Shown here: piece after piece, positions 39,806 through 51,666 of the stretch
Position numbering within the stretch: position 1 is the stretch's first letter
Layout of the letters: every line of letters starts with the position of its first letter
Assembly: GCA_047495785.1 (NCBI GenBank)
Contig: JBLDXI010000054.1
Span: forward strand, 62,001-126,000
Length of the DNA stretch: 64,000 nt
Direction of reading: 5' to 3'
From: Lepidodermella squamata
Lineage: Eukaryota; Animalia; Gastrotricha
Notes under the pieces: generated by a model
Seen by the model: the letters and a program-made list of their open reading frames with translations, nothing else
Databases searched by the model: none
Told to the model about the DNA's origin: nothing
Position numbers and translations under genes: made by a program

Positions 39806-40049
39806 AATCACCAACTAAACGCTGCCGCTAATGCAAAGTGTCCTAAATCTGTGACCGAATCTTGAGCTTCACCTCGTCATTCTGACACCGGAGACGACGC
39901 CTTCCAGCATGATGCTGTGGCTGAAGTTGAAAAGCTGTCCGGAAACAGATTCTCCTTCTTCAATCATAAATCTCGCCATTACCTGCAATGTACTGAATTC
40001 TAGAAGAAGGCACTTGCTTCCATACATCAGTCAGCCCTAGCAAAACAAG

Positions 40050-40190
40050 ATGACAAGTTTCCCTCATCCTTGCTCGAAAACATTGAGAAGCTTTCGCACT
40101 TGGTTGGATGAGAAAATACTCAATCACATAGTTACTGCAGAATGCGAGCGCGGATTTTCGGTCATGAACCTGATTCACGTTCTGCTAAAT
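40050..40190 (+). mobile_element. hAT transposase C-terminal (dimerisation domain) fragment
   Basis: TAECERGFSVMN motif. Confidence 0.6.
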
Positions 40191-40855
40191 TCAAATATTT
40201 ATTGTTCGTGGCATTCGGTGGAGCTCAGGCTTTTGTCGATGATTCTCAGCATCTGGAATTAGCAGAATGCAGGTTTCTGGAACCAGCATGCGTTGCGGCA
40301 TGCAGTTTGCCGTTCGACTTGTGAAACCGATCCGGTTGCGACACCCCTGTACTTCGCATCCTGGCAGCGTAGACCGAGCGATGATGGCAGTGGGGACGAA
40401 CTGGTCGATATTGTGATTTAGAAAGCTCTGCTGTTGTCGCTGAAAGGTTTTCGTGTTTACGTTTGAACCCGAGCCCCATTTCGGCCCGTATGTGGTCACT
40501 TCACCACTCCGCGCTCGGGCCGGTCTATAACGTGCCCGTAAGCGACGTTTACTGTAAATTCGAAAGAATCAAGCTTCACTACACACGCGCCGGCAAAGCT
40601 GTTGGTCTGAGCACGGCGGACACCAATGGAAACCAGCGCTATTGCTCAGCACCGACTCGGGCCGCCGATCTGGAATGTGAGCCTACAAGATTTATTCATT
40701 ACCTAAATTTATTTATTTCTTTTAATGTTTTGCAATTATCGCTTGAGCGATCGAAGCAAATTTCAGAGAAAAAGAAAAATTGCGGCGAGAATTTGTGTCA
40801 AGAAGAAAAGGTGAAAAGGTTATTTAGCCTGCGAAATAAAGATGAGTGAAATTGC

Positions 40856-41314
40856 ATATGACCGAAAATAAGTGAGAAGTGGGGTTTGGCGATATTGGCA
40901 CTGTGAGATTTTGATGCCGCTTTCAAGATCAATGAACGAGGAGTCGAGCGATATCAAAAAGAGGTCGATAGCCTAAGTTTTTCTTTGCATCAATTAAAAA
41001 TTTCATCGCGAAATAAATTCTGCTTCTATTTTCTTATGCGGACTTTAAATTTTCAGGGTAATCTGAGGTGAGGAATCTTGTGGGATGTTCACAAATTTGG
41101 ATGGAATGAAGCCATTGCTTCCACGTCAACCTAAAGCGATAAGCCTTTTCGGCGGCACTTTGGGGTCTCCCGACCATTGAGGTGGATGGGAGCCTCCCAG
41201 AGGTCTGAAATTTGAAAATTCGAAATCCTCAACAAACACTGAGAAATCCCAGAATCGTCCCACTTCACGCAGAAAATACGCCAAGCCCCACTTTTCACTT
41301 ATTTTCGGCCATAT
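40856..41314. mobile_element. Inverted-repeat-bounded transposon relic
   Basis: atatgaccgaaaataagtgagaagtggggtttggcg is inverted at ~41279-41314. Confidence 0.5.
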
Positions 41315-41608
41315 TTCATTTATCGAATGAATCACGCGTATTTCGAATAAATGATACAAATTCATCCGTTATCAGGATCTGCGTTCACAAAAAATCTCAA
41401 AACAAAATGGTGTAGAAGGCACGCGACCGCGCTTTCCTACGTTGACAAGACTTTTTATTTTCACTGAACGGCAATAAAATTTACGAATGCACATAATCCA
41501 TGATTGGCAATCAGCTTCAGAGAAGTCGGCCTAATGCCTAATTCCACTTATTTAAGGTCAGCCCCAGGGACTGGGGTCTCTACATTAATCACTTGCGTAC
41601 TTCCGAGA

Positions 41609-44241
41609 CTAGTCGCGGGTTGTAGTTCCGACACTAGTTGTAGCCGTGGTCGTCAAATAGAACGGCATCGGTTTAGCCGTAATAGCTCCAGCGGCTCTTA
41701 GTGCGGATATAGCGTGAGTGTTGCCGTATATCAGCGCTAAATCAAGCGGAGAGTAGCCTTCGTCATTTAGCGCATTGAAATTAGCTCCAGCTGCAATCAA
41801 CTCGGCCACATTTAGTGTGAATTCTCGAGCTGAGAGGATGTGCAGAAGAGTATCTCCCTTGCGCAGTTTTCGATTGATATCGTACCCCTTTTGAACCAGA
41901 AACTTGGCAAAACCATCAAAGTCGTAGTATTTCAAAATAAGGGTCAGACACGTGTCATTATTCTTGTTCTGAGAATTCACGTCGACTCCAGTGAAATTTG
42001 CAAATAGCCAGGTCAGCGTGAGAAAGATGCTGTCATTCTCACAAGCCAACAAGAACGCGTTATTCCCATCTTTGTCAACAGCCGATAAGTCCGCACCTGA
42101 AGCGACGAGAAGATTGGCTACACTTTCCTTGCTTTCACTAGCTGCAATCATTAACGGAGTTTTACCAGTTGATTCTCGTTCCTCTAGGCCAATGCCAGGA
42201 GTCGCGATTAAAAATCTCGCCAGGTCTACGTCATTTTCACGTGCAGCTAGATGTAGCAATGTATAATTTGTGTATCGGTATTTGGTGGAAATAATCCTGA
42301 TTTTGACATCGGCCCGTTTCGATATCAGATATTCATAGACTTGAACGCGATCTGGCGACTTTAAGTACATGGCTGCGACTACAAGTGGAGTCCTGCCTTC
42401 GGTATCCTTGGCCGAAACAGAATTCCCGGCCTCCTCAATAGCGAATTTCACCACAGGGAGAGCAGGGATCACAGAGATCCGGCAAGCCTCGAAAATGATT
42501 TGATCCAAGTTTTTCGAAGCTCCTTCCGAAACGAGGAATTTAACGATTTCAAGATTCGTTGCCGTAGCGTCGAGAATTGCCGTTCTTCCGTTCGCTTCTA
42601 AATCGACATCTGCTCCGAATCGCACGAGCAATTTAACCAGATCAAGGCGATTTTGTTCAGCCGCAAGCATTAGAGCGGATTTCTTGAATTTCGGGTGAAT
42701 CGCATTTGCATCGCCGTCATTTTCGAGTAGAATCTGAAGCATTTCCAACGAAGCATTTGGAACACTCAAAGCAGCAGCCACCACTGGGATCACTGGAAAG
42801 TACTCGAAATACATGTGACCGTTCGACTGTTCGATTATGAGAGCGTCCCCGCGGGCTTGATTGAGTCGAATCATTTCACGAACAGCAGTGATGTTTCCAG
42901 CTTTGACTTTTTCAGCAAATTCCTAGCGAAAACACTATTTACACTTTCTTTTTTTATGCGCCCTACGCGAGAGGCGAGAGTGGAAAAGTTTGTGCCAAGC
43001 TATCCCGCAACATAGAGAAAAAATGACCAGAGTAAGCACTCAAGCTAAAATTTTGATCTGCGTTATTATAGAAGTGCTTTCTCAAAACGGATATCTCCGT
43101 TTTCCACCAAATTTGCATGCCTATAGAACGAGAGCTGCTCTTTCACGTGGTAAAAGATTTGAGGTGGGCAATTGCTGCTCAGTCTTGATCTCATCAAAAT
43201 AAATGAAACCATAGTGAAAACGCGGTTTTTGTATCGCAACAACGGTTGGGTTGCCCACCTCAAATCTTATACCTCGTGAAAGAGCAGCTCGCGTTCTATA
43301 GGCATGCAAATTTGGTGGAAAACGGAGATATCCGTTTTGAGAAAGTCAACTTTGAATAAAAATTAAGATTTAGAAATTTAGCTTGAGTGCTTACTCTGGT
43401 CAATTTTTTCTCTATGCCCCGCAAGGAAACCGACGGTAGACAGCTGTAAATGGTTTGAATCAGTGTTTATATCAGGATCCTCGAGCTTTTTCAGACTAAG
43501 CCCCCCCCCCTCAGCTAATGTGACTGCTTTTTCATTAAAACTAATTGTAACCTACCGAGATAAGGGATTCATTACGCCCAGCTTTCATGGCCGATCGCGT
43601 AGTTGTGCTGGTCTTCATTGCAGCAGTTGATCTTGCCTTAAAAATTGTTCCAACAATCGGCCGCAGACCATCATTAATTGCCTCGTCGCTCGGCGTTAAT
43701 GGCCAAATTTTAGCTGAATTCATTGCTAATGGTGTCGTCGAAATTGTGGATGCACCCGTGGTTGTTGTCGAAATTACGGGACTGGTCGATAATCTCGTGA
43801 CTAACTCACGGCCCAATGCAGCACCTCGTCTTCTCAAATTACCGATGCTGAATTCATCTTTCAACATTTTCGATATGTCCAAAGCAGTTTCGCCCCTGTC
43901 ATTTGTTGCGTTTACATCAACACCCAGATCGAGCAAGGCCACAAGAGTTCGCTCCCGATTCTTAGACGCTGCTGCAGACATGAGTGCAGTATAGCCCGCA
44001 TCTTTAGCCCGAATGTTGAAATTGTAGCCTTTACTGGCTAAGTACTGCATAATTTCAACAAGAGCCCAGTCGCTCACCTGCCACCCACTTCGCACTAAGC
44101 ACTTGTAGCCTGAAAGAAGCCAAAAAATGTGTAAGGTCTTACGCTGTCGTAATCGACCGCACTGTCGTAATTGCTCGTACTTGCGTGAATGATCGCACCC
44201 TTGAAACATATTTCGAACAAAATTATGTAAATGGATATCAT
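41609..44241 (-). pseudogene. Double-ankyrin copy 4: exon 1 (44241-44143) and exon 3 (42922-41609) intact; exon 2 lacks its 5' ~0.8 kb (remnant ~44093-43556)
   Basis: Intron 1 runs directly into RSGWQVSDW and the normal acceptor is lost. Could still be expressed by exon 1-to-3 skipping. Confidence 0.75.
43011..43416. mobile_element. Palindromic MITE (P or hAT superfamily) in intron 2 of copy 4
   Basis: CATAG...CTATG termini, long inverted arms, 8-bp TSD (T/C)CCCGCAA. The empty site is visible in copy 5 (~48600-48630). Confidence 0.85.
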
Positions 44242-45825
44242 TTCATTTCAAAACTCAGATGCTATAGAGAAATGTTAAATTTATGCTGAAATCAATGATA
44301 CATTTTTTCAGCTAATATTAAGATAAAAACATGATTCTACTACGGCATTTACGAGCGTGGTCATCCAGGTTTGCCAAAGAGCTTTTTCACCTTTTTCCTA
44401 TGTTTTTCTTCTCAATAACGTGGCTCTATTGTGTGCTCAAGTTACGTTGATATGGTCACCTAGTTTCACATCATTTCCACTGTTTAGGCAACAAAATCGC
44501 TAATAGAGCCAGTACAGTGTGGTCTGAAACTAGTGAAGAACGTGCATTTCTTCAAGTAATGGCTGATGGTCTCCTCGCTAATGCATTGACATTGAATTAG
44601 GATTTAGGATAGACTGCTTACTGACGAGAAAAATGGTGATATGCCATGGGCGCCAGATGGTTAGCTGATTCGTCAACGCTTGACGGTATAGCAAAGAAAA
44701 TATTCGATTGGTTCCGTGACGGTTTGGGTTTCGGAAATAAAATTAATGAATAAAATTAATTTTTTGATCAATTAATTTGAAATTAACCGTCCGAGGATAA
44801 GTTGAGCAAGGCGTCAACATCTTAGTCACTTTTGCTGCAATAGCTGGAGGCAAACGCTACAGAAAGCTCGCCAACGCTCGATAGCTGAACGTTGAATTGA
44901 GACCAGCCCGATATCTATGTTTGCGAGGTCTTGCGTTTGAGTTACTTGGCAGAAATAGAATTGAAAATAGAGAGAGAATTCAGAGGGGGGATGGAGGGGA
45001 TCACCCTCCCCAGCTCGGCCGAGCCAGACGACAAACTGAGAATTTTGCTCCGACTCTGCTCGGTTCTTAGCCGAAATGACTAGTCGTTTTGGCAAAAACG
45101 GGAAAAGAAATGACACCCACTGCGGCAACCGGTAAAAAGTTGACTATCAAAAAGTGTTTTTTTGCTAACAGAAAAACTTTGAACACCAATGATATGTACA
45201 TATGATGCCTAGAACAAGTTCCAACGCTGATTTCAACGGTATAACTTTTATGAGCCTATCTGCCATCTGTGTTACGTAATAAGGCCCATAATGTGGCACT
45301 CCCGTCGCATTTACACGAGCTACTTCGTAATTATCGATGTTAATTACTTCGGTTATTGCGGCATCATTTTTTCTTTAACTCGAGTGAGCGCTGTTTTTAT
45401 TTTTGTGTGCAAATTTTATGGGCGCTGTTAACGAGTCACAGCAAGGTGATTTTGAGGTATCAAGTAATCGCGATTTCGAAATCACATTTTTGGCTGACAC
45501 CTGATCTATACAATTCTCCTACTGGAAAAGTAGAAACGATCGATTTATAAATTATAAAAATTCTTAAATTCTTGCCAAAATCCTCTTAAAACGAATAATG
45601 CTCCGAATCGCGTCACTGGGGCAGTTTCCAGCCACCCCGTACGGACATGTACTTGAAAAATAACCAAAATCAGAAAATATTGATAGTTTCGAGATGTTCT
45701 CATTATTTTCGTGGGTTTTGTTAAGCGTTCCTTTTTAAAGTCCAAACAGGAGCCTAATTTACAAATGTCATGTGACGACGTGTTGATTTCCTGATATGAT
45801 GTTTGAGAGTTAGTAGCTAAAAGTA

Positions 45826-46225
45826 TCAATTGAGCTCAGATAGAGCGAATGAACAAAGTGCCACATATTGCAATGGCGTCTTCTGGCCATTTATTAGCTG
45901 GGCGCCGTAGGAAGCGATCCGGACGCTGATACGCTGGTACACTTGCTTAGGTGGGCGCTGAACGTTCGCAACATGCTGGGTTCGGATAGCCCGAGCGTAT
46001 CCTTCCTCCTTGATCATGGCGGCCGCAATGACCCAGGTGGTTCCCATGCCGGTTCATTCTGTAAAATCCTGCAAAAAATCAGCAAAATAATTATCAAATA
46101 ATGACTAAAATCAATCTAACCGCTAAAATCTACGCCGTGTTTCGTCCGGACTATAGACAATTCGCTTGACATCCGAGGCCCTCTTACCCGCGCTCTTGCT
46201 GCCGATATGTAGTAACCCTGCCTGA
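45826..46225 (-). mobile_element. Possible MULE transposase C-terminal relic
   Basis: W....IKEE...Y.RI..RI..Y.....G..TPLQYV pattern resembles MULE C-termini; weak. Confidence 0.3.
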
Positions 46226-46679
46226 AGTCATAAGTCATCTTGTTGACAATTTAATTCTGAATGAAATTCGATAAAACTTTTGTAATTATTGGCTACGAAA
46301 TGATGCTTGGTGTCATTTTAATAGAAAAATACGCAAGTGATAACACATTTGACCGATTTTGATACGCAAGTGATAAAATACGCAAGTGACAAATACGCAA
46401 GTGAAGGTAATTCTTAATTTTCACTGTAGGATTTTTAGGAAAGTGGAGACCTGAAGAGGCTAAAAAGTGGAGACGTCTTTTTGTCAGCCGGCGTGCTCTG
46501 CTTGAGGAGTCCTATCTACGTAACATGCACGTGATAGGACCGCAAAATTCATGAAAATTGCATTTTTGTGAAAATCGCGGTCCAACAAATGTTTTTTAGT
46601 TGCGGTCCATGGTACAGACTGCTTTCCTGACAATCGACAATCGACATATAATCGAGAATATTTCTATCTCAGCAAAATA

Positions 46680-46938
46680 CACTAGAAAAAAAATCCGGTT
46701 TATTAGCTCAAAAGCCCTCAAAATGCTCTTGCTAATAAACCCGTCGCCAAAGGGTTTATTAGCTATGTTTAGCTAAATATCCAGCTAAATAGCTTATTTT
46801 TCATTGTTGCGCAATCAAATTATGGCTATTTAGCTGGATATTTAGCTAAACATAGCTAATAAACCCTTTGGCGACGGGTTTATTAGCAAGAGCATTTTGA
46901 GGGCTTTTGAGCTAATAAACCGGATTTTTTTTCTAGTG
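46680..46938. mobile_element. CACTA/CMC-type palindromic MITE
   Basis: CACTA...TAGTG termini, ~114-bp apparently perfect arms, 2-bp TA duplication. Confidence 0.85.
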
Positions 46939-47209
46939 TAAGCAACCATATTGGCAGATGGAGAATGTGTGTATCATACTTTAACCTTGGGCCGCGCGAA
47001 AGTTGTCAGCAAACTTCACACGGGCCATTTCAAATTTATTAATGTTTAATTAGGACAATAAAGTTTGAATTTACAAATATGCATGATCCAGGAAAGCAAA
47101 CGGCTTCAGAACAGTCAGTTCAATGCCACTTATTTGATATTTCCATCATGACCAGCCTCAGAGACCAGAGACTAAGGACCCTAGCTGAATCACTTGTGTA
47201 CTTCCGACA

Positions 47210-50117
47210 CTAGTTGGAGGTTGTAGTTCTGACACTGGTCGTTGTTGTAGCAGTTGTCGTTATCAAATACAACGGCATCGGTTTAGCCGTAACAGCTCCA
47301 GCGGCTCTTAGTGCGGATATAGCCTGAGTATTGCCGTACATCAGCGCTAAATCAAGCGGAGAATAGCCTTCGTCATTGAGCGTATTAAAATTAGCTCCTG
47401 CTTCAATCAACTCTCCAATATCCATATCGATTTGTCGAGCTGAGAGGAAGTGCAGAAGAGTATCTCCCTTGCGAAGTTTTCGGTTGATATCGTACCCTTT
47501 TTGAACTAGAAGCTTGGCAAAAATGTTAAATTCGCCGTATTTCCAATATCCAATAAGGGTCAGACACGTGTCGTTGTTCTTGCTCTGAGAATTCACGTCC
47601 ACTCCTTTCAAATTTGCAATTTGCAAGGCCCGCGCGAGAACAGTGTTGTCACTCTCACAAGTCAGCAAAAAGGTGTTTTTCCCATCATTGTCAACAGCCG
47701 ACAAATCCGCACCCGAAGCGACGAGAAGATCGACAACGTTCACCGCGCATTCCCTACCTGCAATCATTAGCGGAGTTTTACCAGTCGATTCTCGATCCTC
47801 TAGGCTAATGCCAGGAGTTGCGATTAATAATCTCGCCAGATCGACGTTGTTTCCACGTGCAGCTAGATGTAGCAATGTATAATTTGTGTACCAGTTTGTG
47901 GTTGAATTAATCCTGACTTTAACGTCGGCCCCATTTGATATCAGATATCCATAGACTTGAACGCGATCTGACGACGTCAAGTAGACGGCTGCGACTTCAA
48001 GCGGAGTCCTGCCTTCGGTATCCTTGTCAGAAACAGAATTTCCAGCCTCCTCAATAGCGAATTTCACCATAGGGAGAGCAGGAATCGCAGAGATCCGGCA
48101 AGCCTCGAAAATGATTCGATCCAAGTTTTTGGAAGCTCCTTGCGAAACGAGGAATTTAACGATCTCAAGATTCTTTGCCGTAGCGTCGAGAATCGCCGTT
48201 CTTCCGTTCGCTTCCAAATCGACATCTGCTCCGAATCGCACGAGCAATTTAACCAGATCAAGGCGATTTTGTTCAGCCGCAAGCATTAGAGCGGATTTCT
48301 TGAATTTCGGGTGAATCGCATTTGCATCGCCGTCATTTTCGAGTAGAATCTGAAGCATTTCCAACGAAGCATTTGGAACACTCAAAGCAGCAGCCACCAC
48401 TGGGATCGGTTGGAAGTAGGTCAAGGTTTCGCAAGACACGTAGTCGTCGTGCTGTTCTATGATTAGATCATCCCCGCGGGCTTGATTGAGTCGAATCATT
48501 TCGCGAACAGCAGTTATGTTCCTAGCTTTGACCTTTCCAGCAAATGCCTGGTGAAAACAGAATTATTAATCCTTTTTATGCCCTACAAGAATGCTGCGTT
48601 GTGCCAAGCTTTCCTCACAGGAAAACCGACAGTGAACAGCTTCACATTGTTTGAATCAGTATTTATATACGTATCCTCGAGCTAGGGGGTGGAATATTAA
48701 CCCACCGAGATAAGGGATTCATTCAGCACAGCTTTCACAGCTGATCGTGTAGTAATGCTGGTCTTCATTGCAGCAGTTGATCTTGCCTTGAAAATAGCTC
48801 CAACAATCGGCTGCAGACCATCATTAATTGCCTCGTCGCTAGGCGTCAAAGGCCACATTTTAGGGGAATTTCTTGCTGCTGATGTCGTCGAAAAGGTGGA
48901 AGAACTCGTTGTTGTCGAAGTTACGGGACTGGTCGATGATCTATTGACTAACTCACGGCCCAAGGCAGCACCTCGTCTTCTCAAATTGCCGATGTTGATT
49001 TTATGGCCCCACATTGTTGAGATGTCCAAGGCAGTTTCGCCCCTGACGTTAGTTGCGTTCACATCAACGCCAATATCGAGCAAGGTCACGAGAGTAGTCC
49101 CATGATTATGAAACGCTGCGGTCATGAGTGCGGTAAAGCCCGAATAACCCCTAAGGTCAAAGTCGTAGCCTTTACTAGCCAGATACTGCAAAATTTCAGG
49201 AAGATACCAGTCGCTCCCCCACCTTAGAAGGGGATAGTCGCAGGATGTAAATTTAGACCTTGAATTGACGTCATTCTGTCCGATTTCAATGGCAAACTTG
49301 ATAAATTTTAAATGGCTATATGCAGTACGATCAATTTGACAAGCTTGAAGCAACATATTATCACCTTCGTCATTACTCGCCAGCGCATCCGCTCCCAGGT
49401 CAATCAAATATTGAAGTAAATCGAGGGAATACCCAGCCCTTGCCGCAAACAGCAAGGGCGTGTTGCCTTCCTTGTCCCTCGCATTGACATCCATTTTGAA
49501 CTGTTCGACCAGCAATTTTGCAAAAGGCACGGGATCAACAGTGTTAACCCGGGAAAGTATGTGAAGGGCAGTTTGTCCGGCGGAATTCCTGGAATCTGGC
49601 GATTCGAATGGTAACAAGTAGTAAACAAGCCGGAGGTATTCTTGAGTGATTGGGCCGTCAAATGCAACCATCAGCGCCGTTTGGCCCTTCGGGTCTCGAA
49701 CATCCGTCCTTGCTCCGTACTTTTCCACGAGGAGTCTCGCTAGGTCCAGTCGGCCATTCTTTGCAGCCCAGAGAAATGGAGTTTTTGAATCAGCCTCAAT
49801 ATTTGCGCCGTTTTGTAGTAGTAATTCGACCATTTCGTAGCTCTGATTTGTTCGAATTGCATTAACCAAAGCCGGGGCTCGGCTTCTTAGCCAGTAATAT
49901 GCCGTGGAATTTGCATTAACAAGGCCTGAATTCAACATTTGCCGAACAGTAGAAATTTGTCCTGACATAACAGCTTGGTTGAAAGCCTAAATCAACCACT
50001 TAGCCTGAAGAGGCCAAAACATGTTCAAGATCTTACGTTGTCGTAATCGATCGCCCTTGCATGAATGATCGCACTCGTGAAACATATTTGGAACAAAATT
50101 ACGTAGATGGATATCAT
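47210..50117 (-). CDS. Secreted double-ankyrin-module protein, copy 5 (intact, 899 aa, short tail); exons 50117-50037, 49986-48706, 48547-47210
   Basis: Same exon structure and phases as copy 1; tail stops at TTSN before the GWPGWK motif. Confidence 0.85.
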
Positions 50118-51666
50118 TTCATTTCAAAACAGATTCTATAGAGAAATGTTAAATAATTCTGAAATGAACGAGACATAAAAAACTTTCAGCTATTTTTAAG
50201 ATACATGTATAAAAACTTGATTCTACTACGGCATTGACGGAGCGTGGTCATCCAGGTTTGCCAAAGAGGTTTTTTCCACCTTTTCCCTATGTTTTTCTTC
50301 TCAGTAACGTGGCTCTATTGTGTGCTCAAGCCATCTTCGTGATGATATGGTCACCCAGTTTCGCATCATTTCCACTGTTTACAGAGTCAAAAATATCGCC
50401 AATAGAGCCAGTACAGTATGGTCTGAAACTAGTGAAGAACGCGCATTTCTTCAAGTAATGGCTGATAATCTCGAGGCTAATCCATTTCATCAATCCATCG
50501 ATCAGCTTCAATGAGGCGCATCTGATGATCCAATTTCGAGAGGAAAAATCAGTTATTATAACACTTTAACACTTTAACTGCCAAAATATACTGCGAGATC
50601 GAGCCCTTAAGTTAAAAACCATATTTAGACTAATCCTTCCTAATGTCATCGTGCAAGTAGATGTTTGTTAAGCGTGTGTCCCTACCGCCAATGTCGCCGA
50701 TTTCACTAATATTTCCAAGATGAAAAAGCAACAACAATTAAAAGGAATTCATCTAGTTGGTGAAGGATTTTTCACAATAATTATAGTCTGACATGATATC
50801 CAACGATGAAATAATGATCATACAATATTTTTAAATGACTTTCAATTGACATTACATCAGTATGTTATTGTGACTTAGTTACATTAGGTGACATTAGGTG
50901 AGAGTTCGAGCCGTGGGAAATTTTCACGGTACGAAATGTTTAAATGTTCAAATGTCGAAATGTTCAAATCATAGGGAAAAATTGCGGAACTGCTTGAGAC
51001 TTGATCGTCCTATTCTAGCTGTTGTTAAATCCCGGCGGATAAAACAAAGTTGAAAGTGATGGCCAATATTGCGAATGTTGCCGACAAAAAAGCGGCGCTG
51101 TGAATTGTTGATATCTGACGAGCGATGGCGCCGGTAGTTTGGCGTAACTCTCTATCCAGATCGCGATCAGTCGGAGTTGCCATCCAATGTTCCACTATCT
51201 TCTTAGGAAACGCGAATTTACTGCACTTACGCTGCGAAAGCGAAGCAAAACACAGGAAACCATTGTTAACACTTTAACTGCCAAAAATAAACTGCGAGGT
51301 CCGATATTTGGGTCTAATTCCTGGGTCTGTCAAAAAGTCATTTTTTCGGGTCAACGATGCGTCGAGGGGCAAAATGCCTGACGGCAAAGTGTGGGCCATG
51401 ACCTGGCGGTTCTTTTGACACCGAATTCGGGGCCACAAGGTCTGAGCAGGTCATTGAAAATGACAGTGAAATAACGTCGAAAATTTTGGATTAGAGCCAA
51501 AAATCAGACCCAAGAATTGGACCTAATTATTAGACCCAGATTATGGCGCAACAATCGAAATTTCACTGTTTTTCAAGTTTGATTTCTGTGCGTTCCTTGA
51601 AGTCTTTGGCCCCAAATTCGGTGTCAAAAGAACCGCCAGGTCATGGCCTACACTTTGCCGTCAGGC

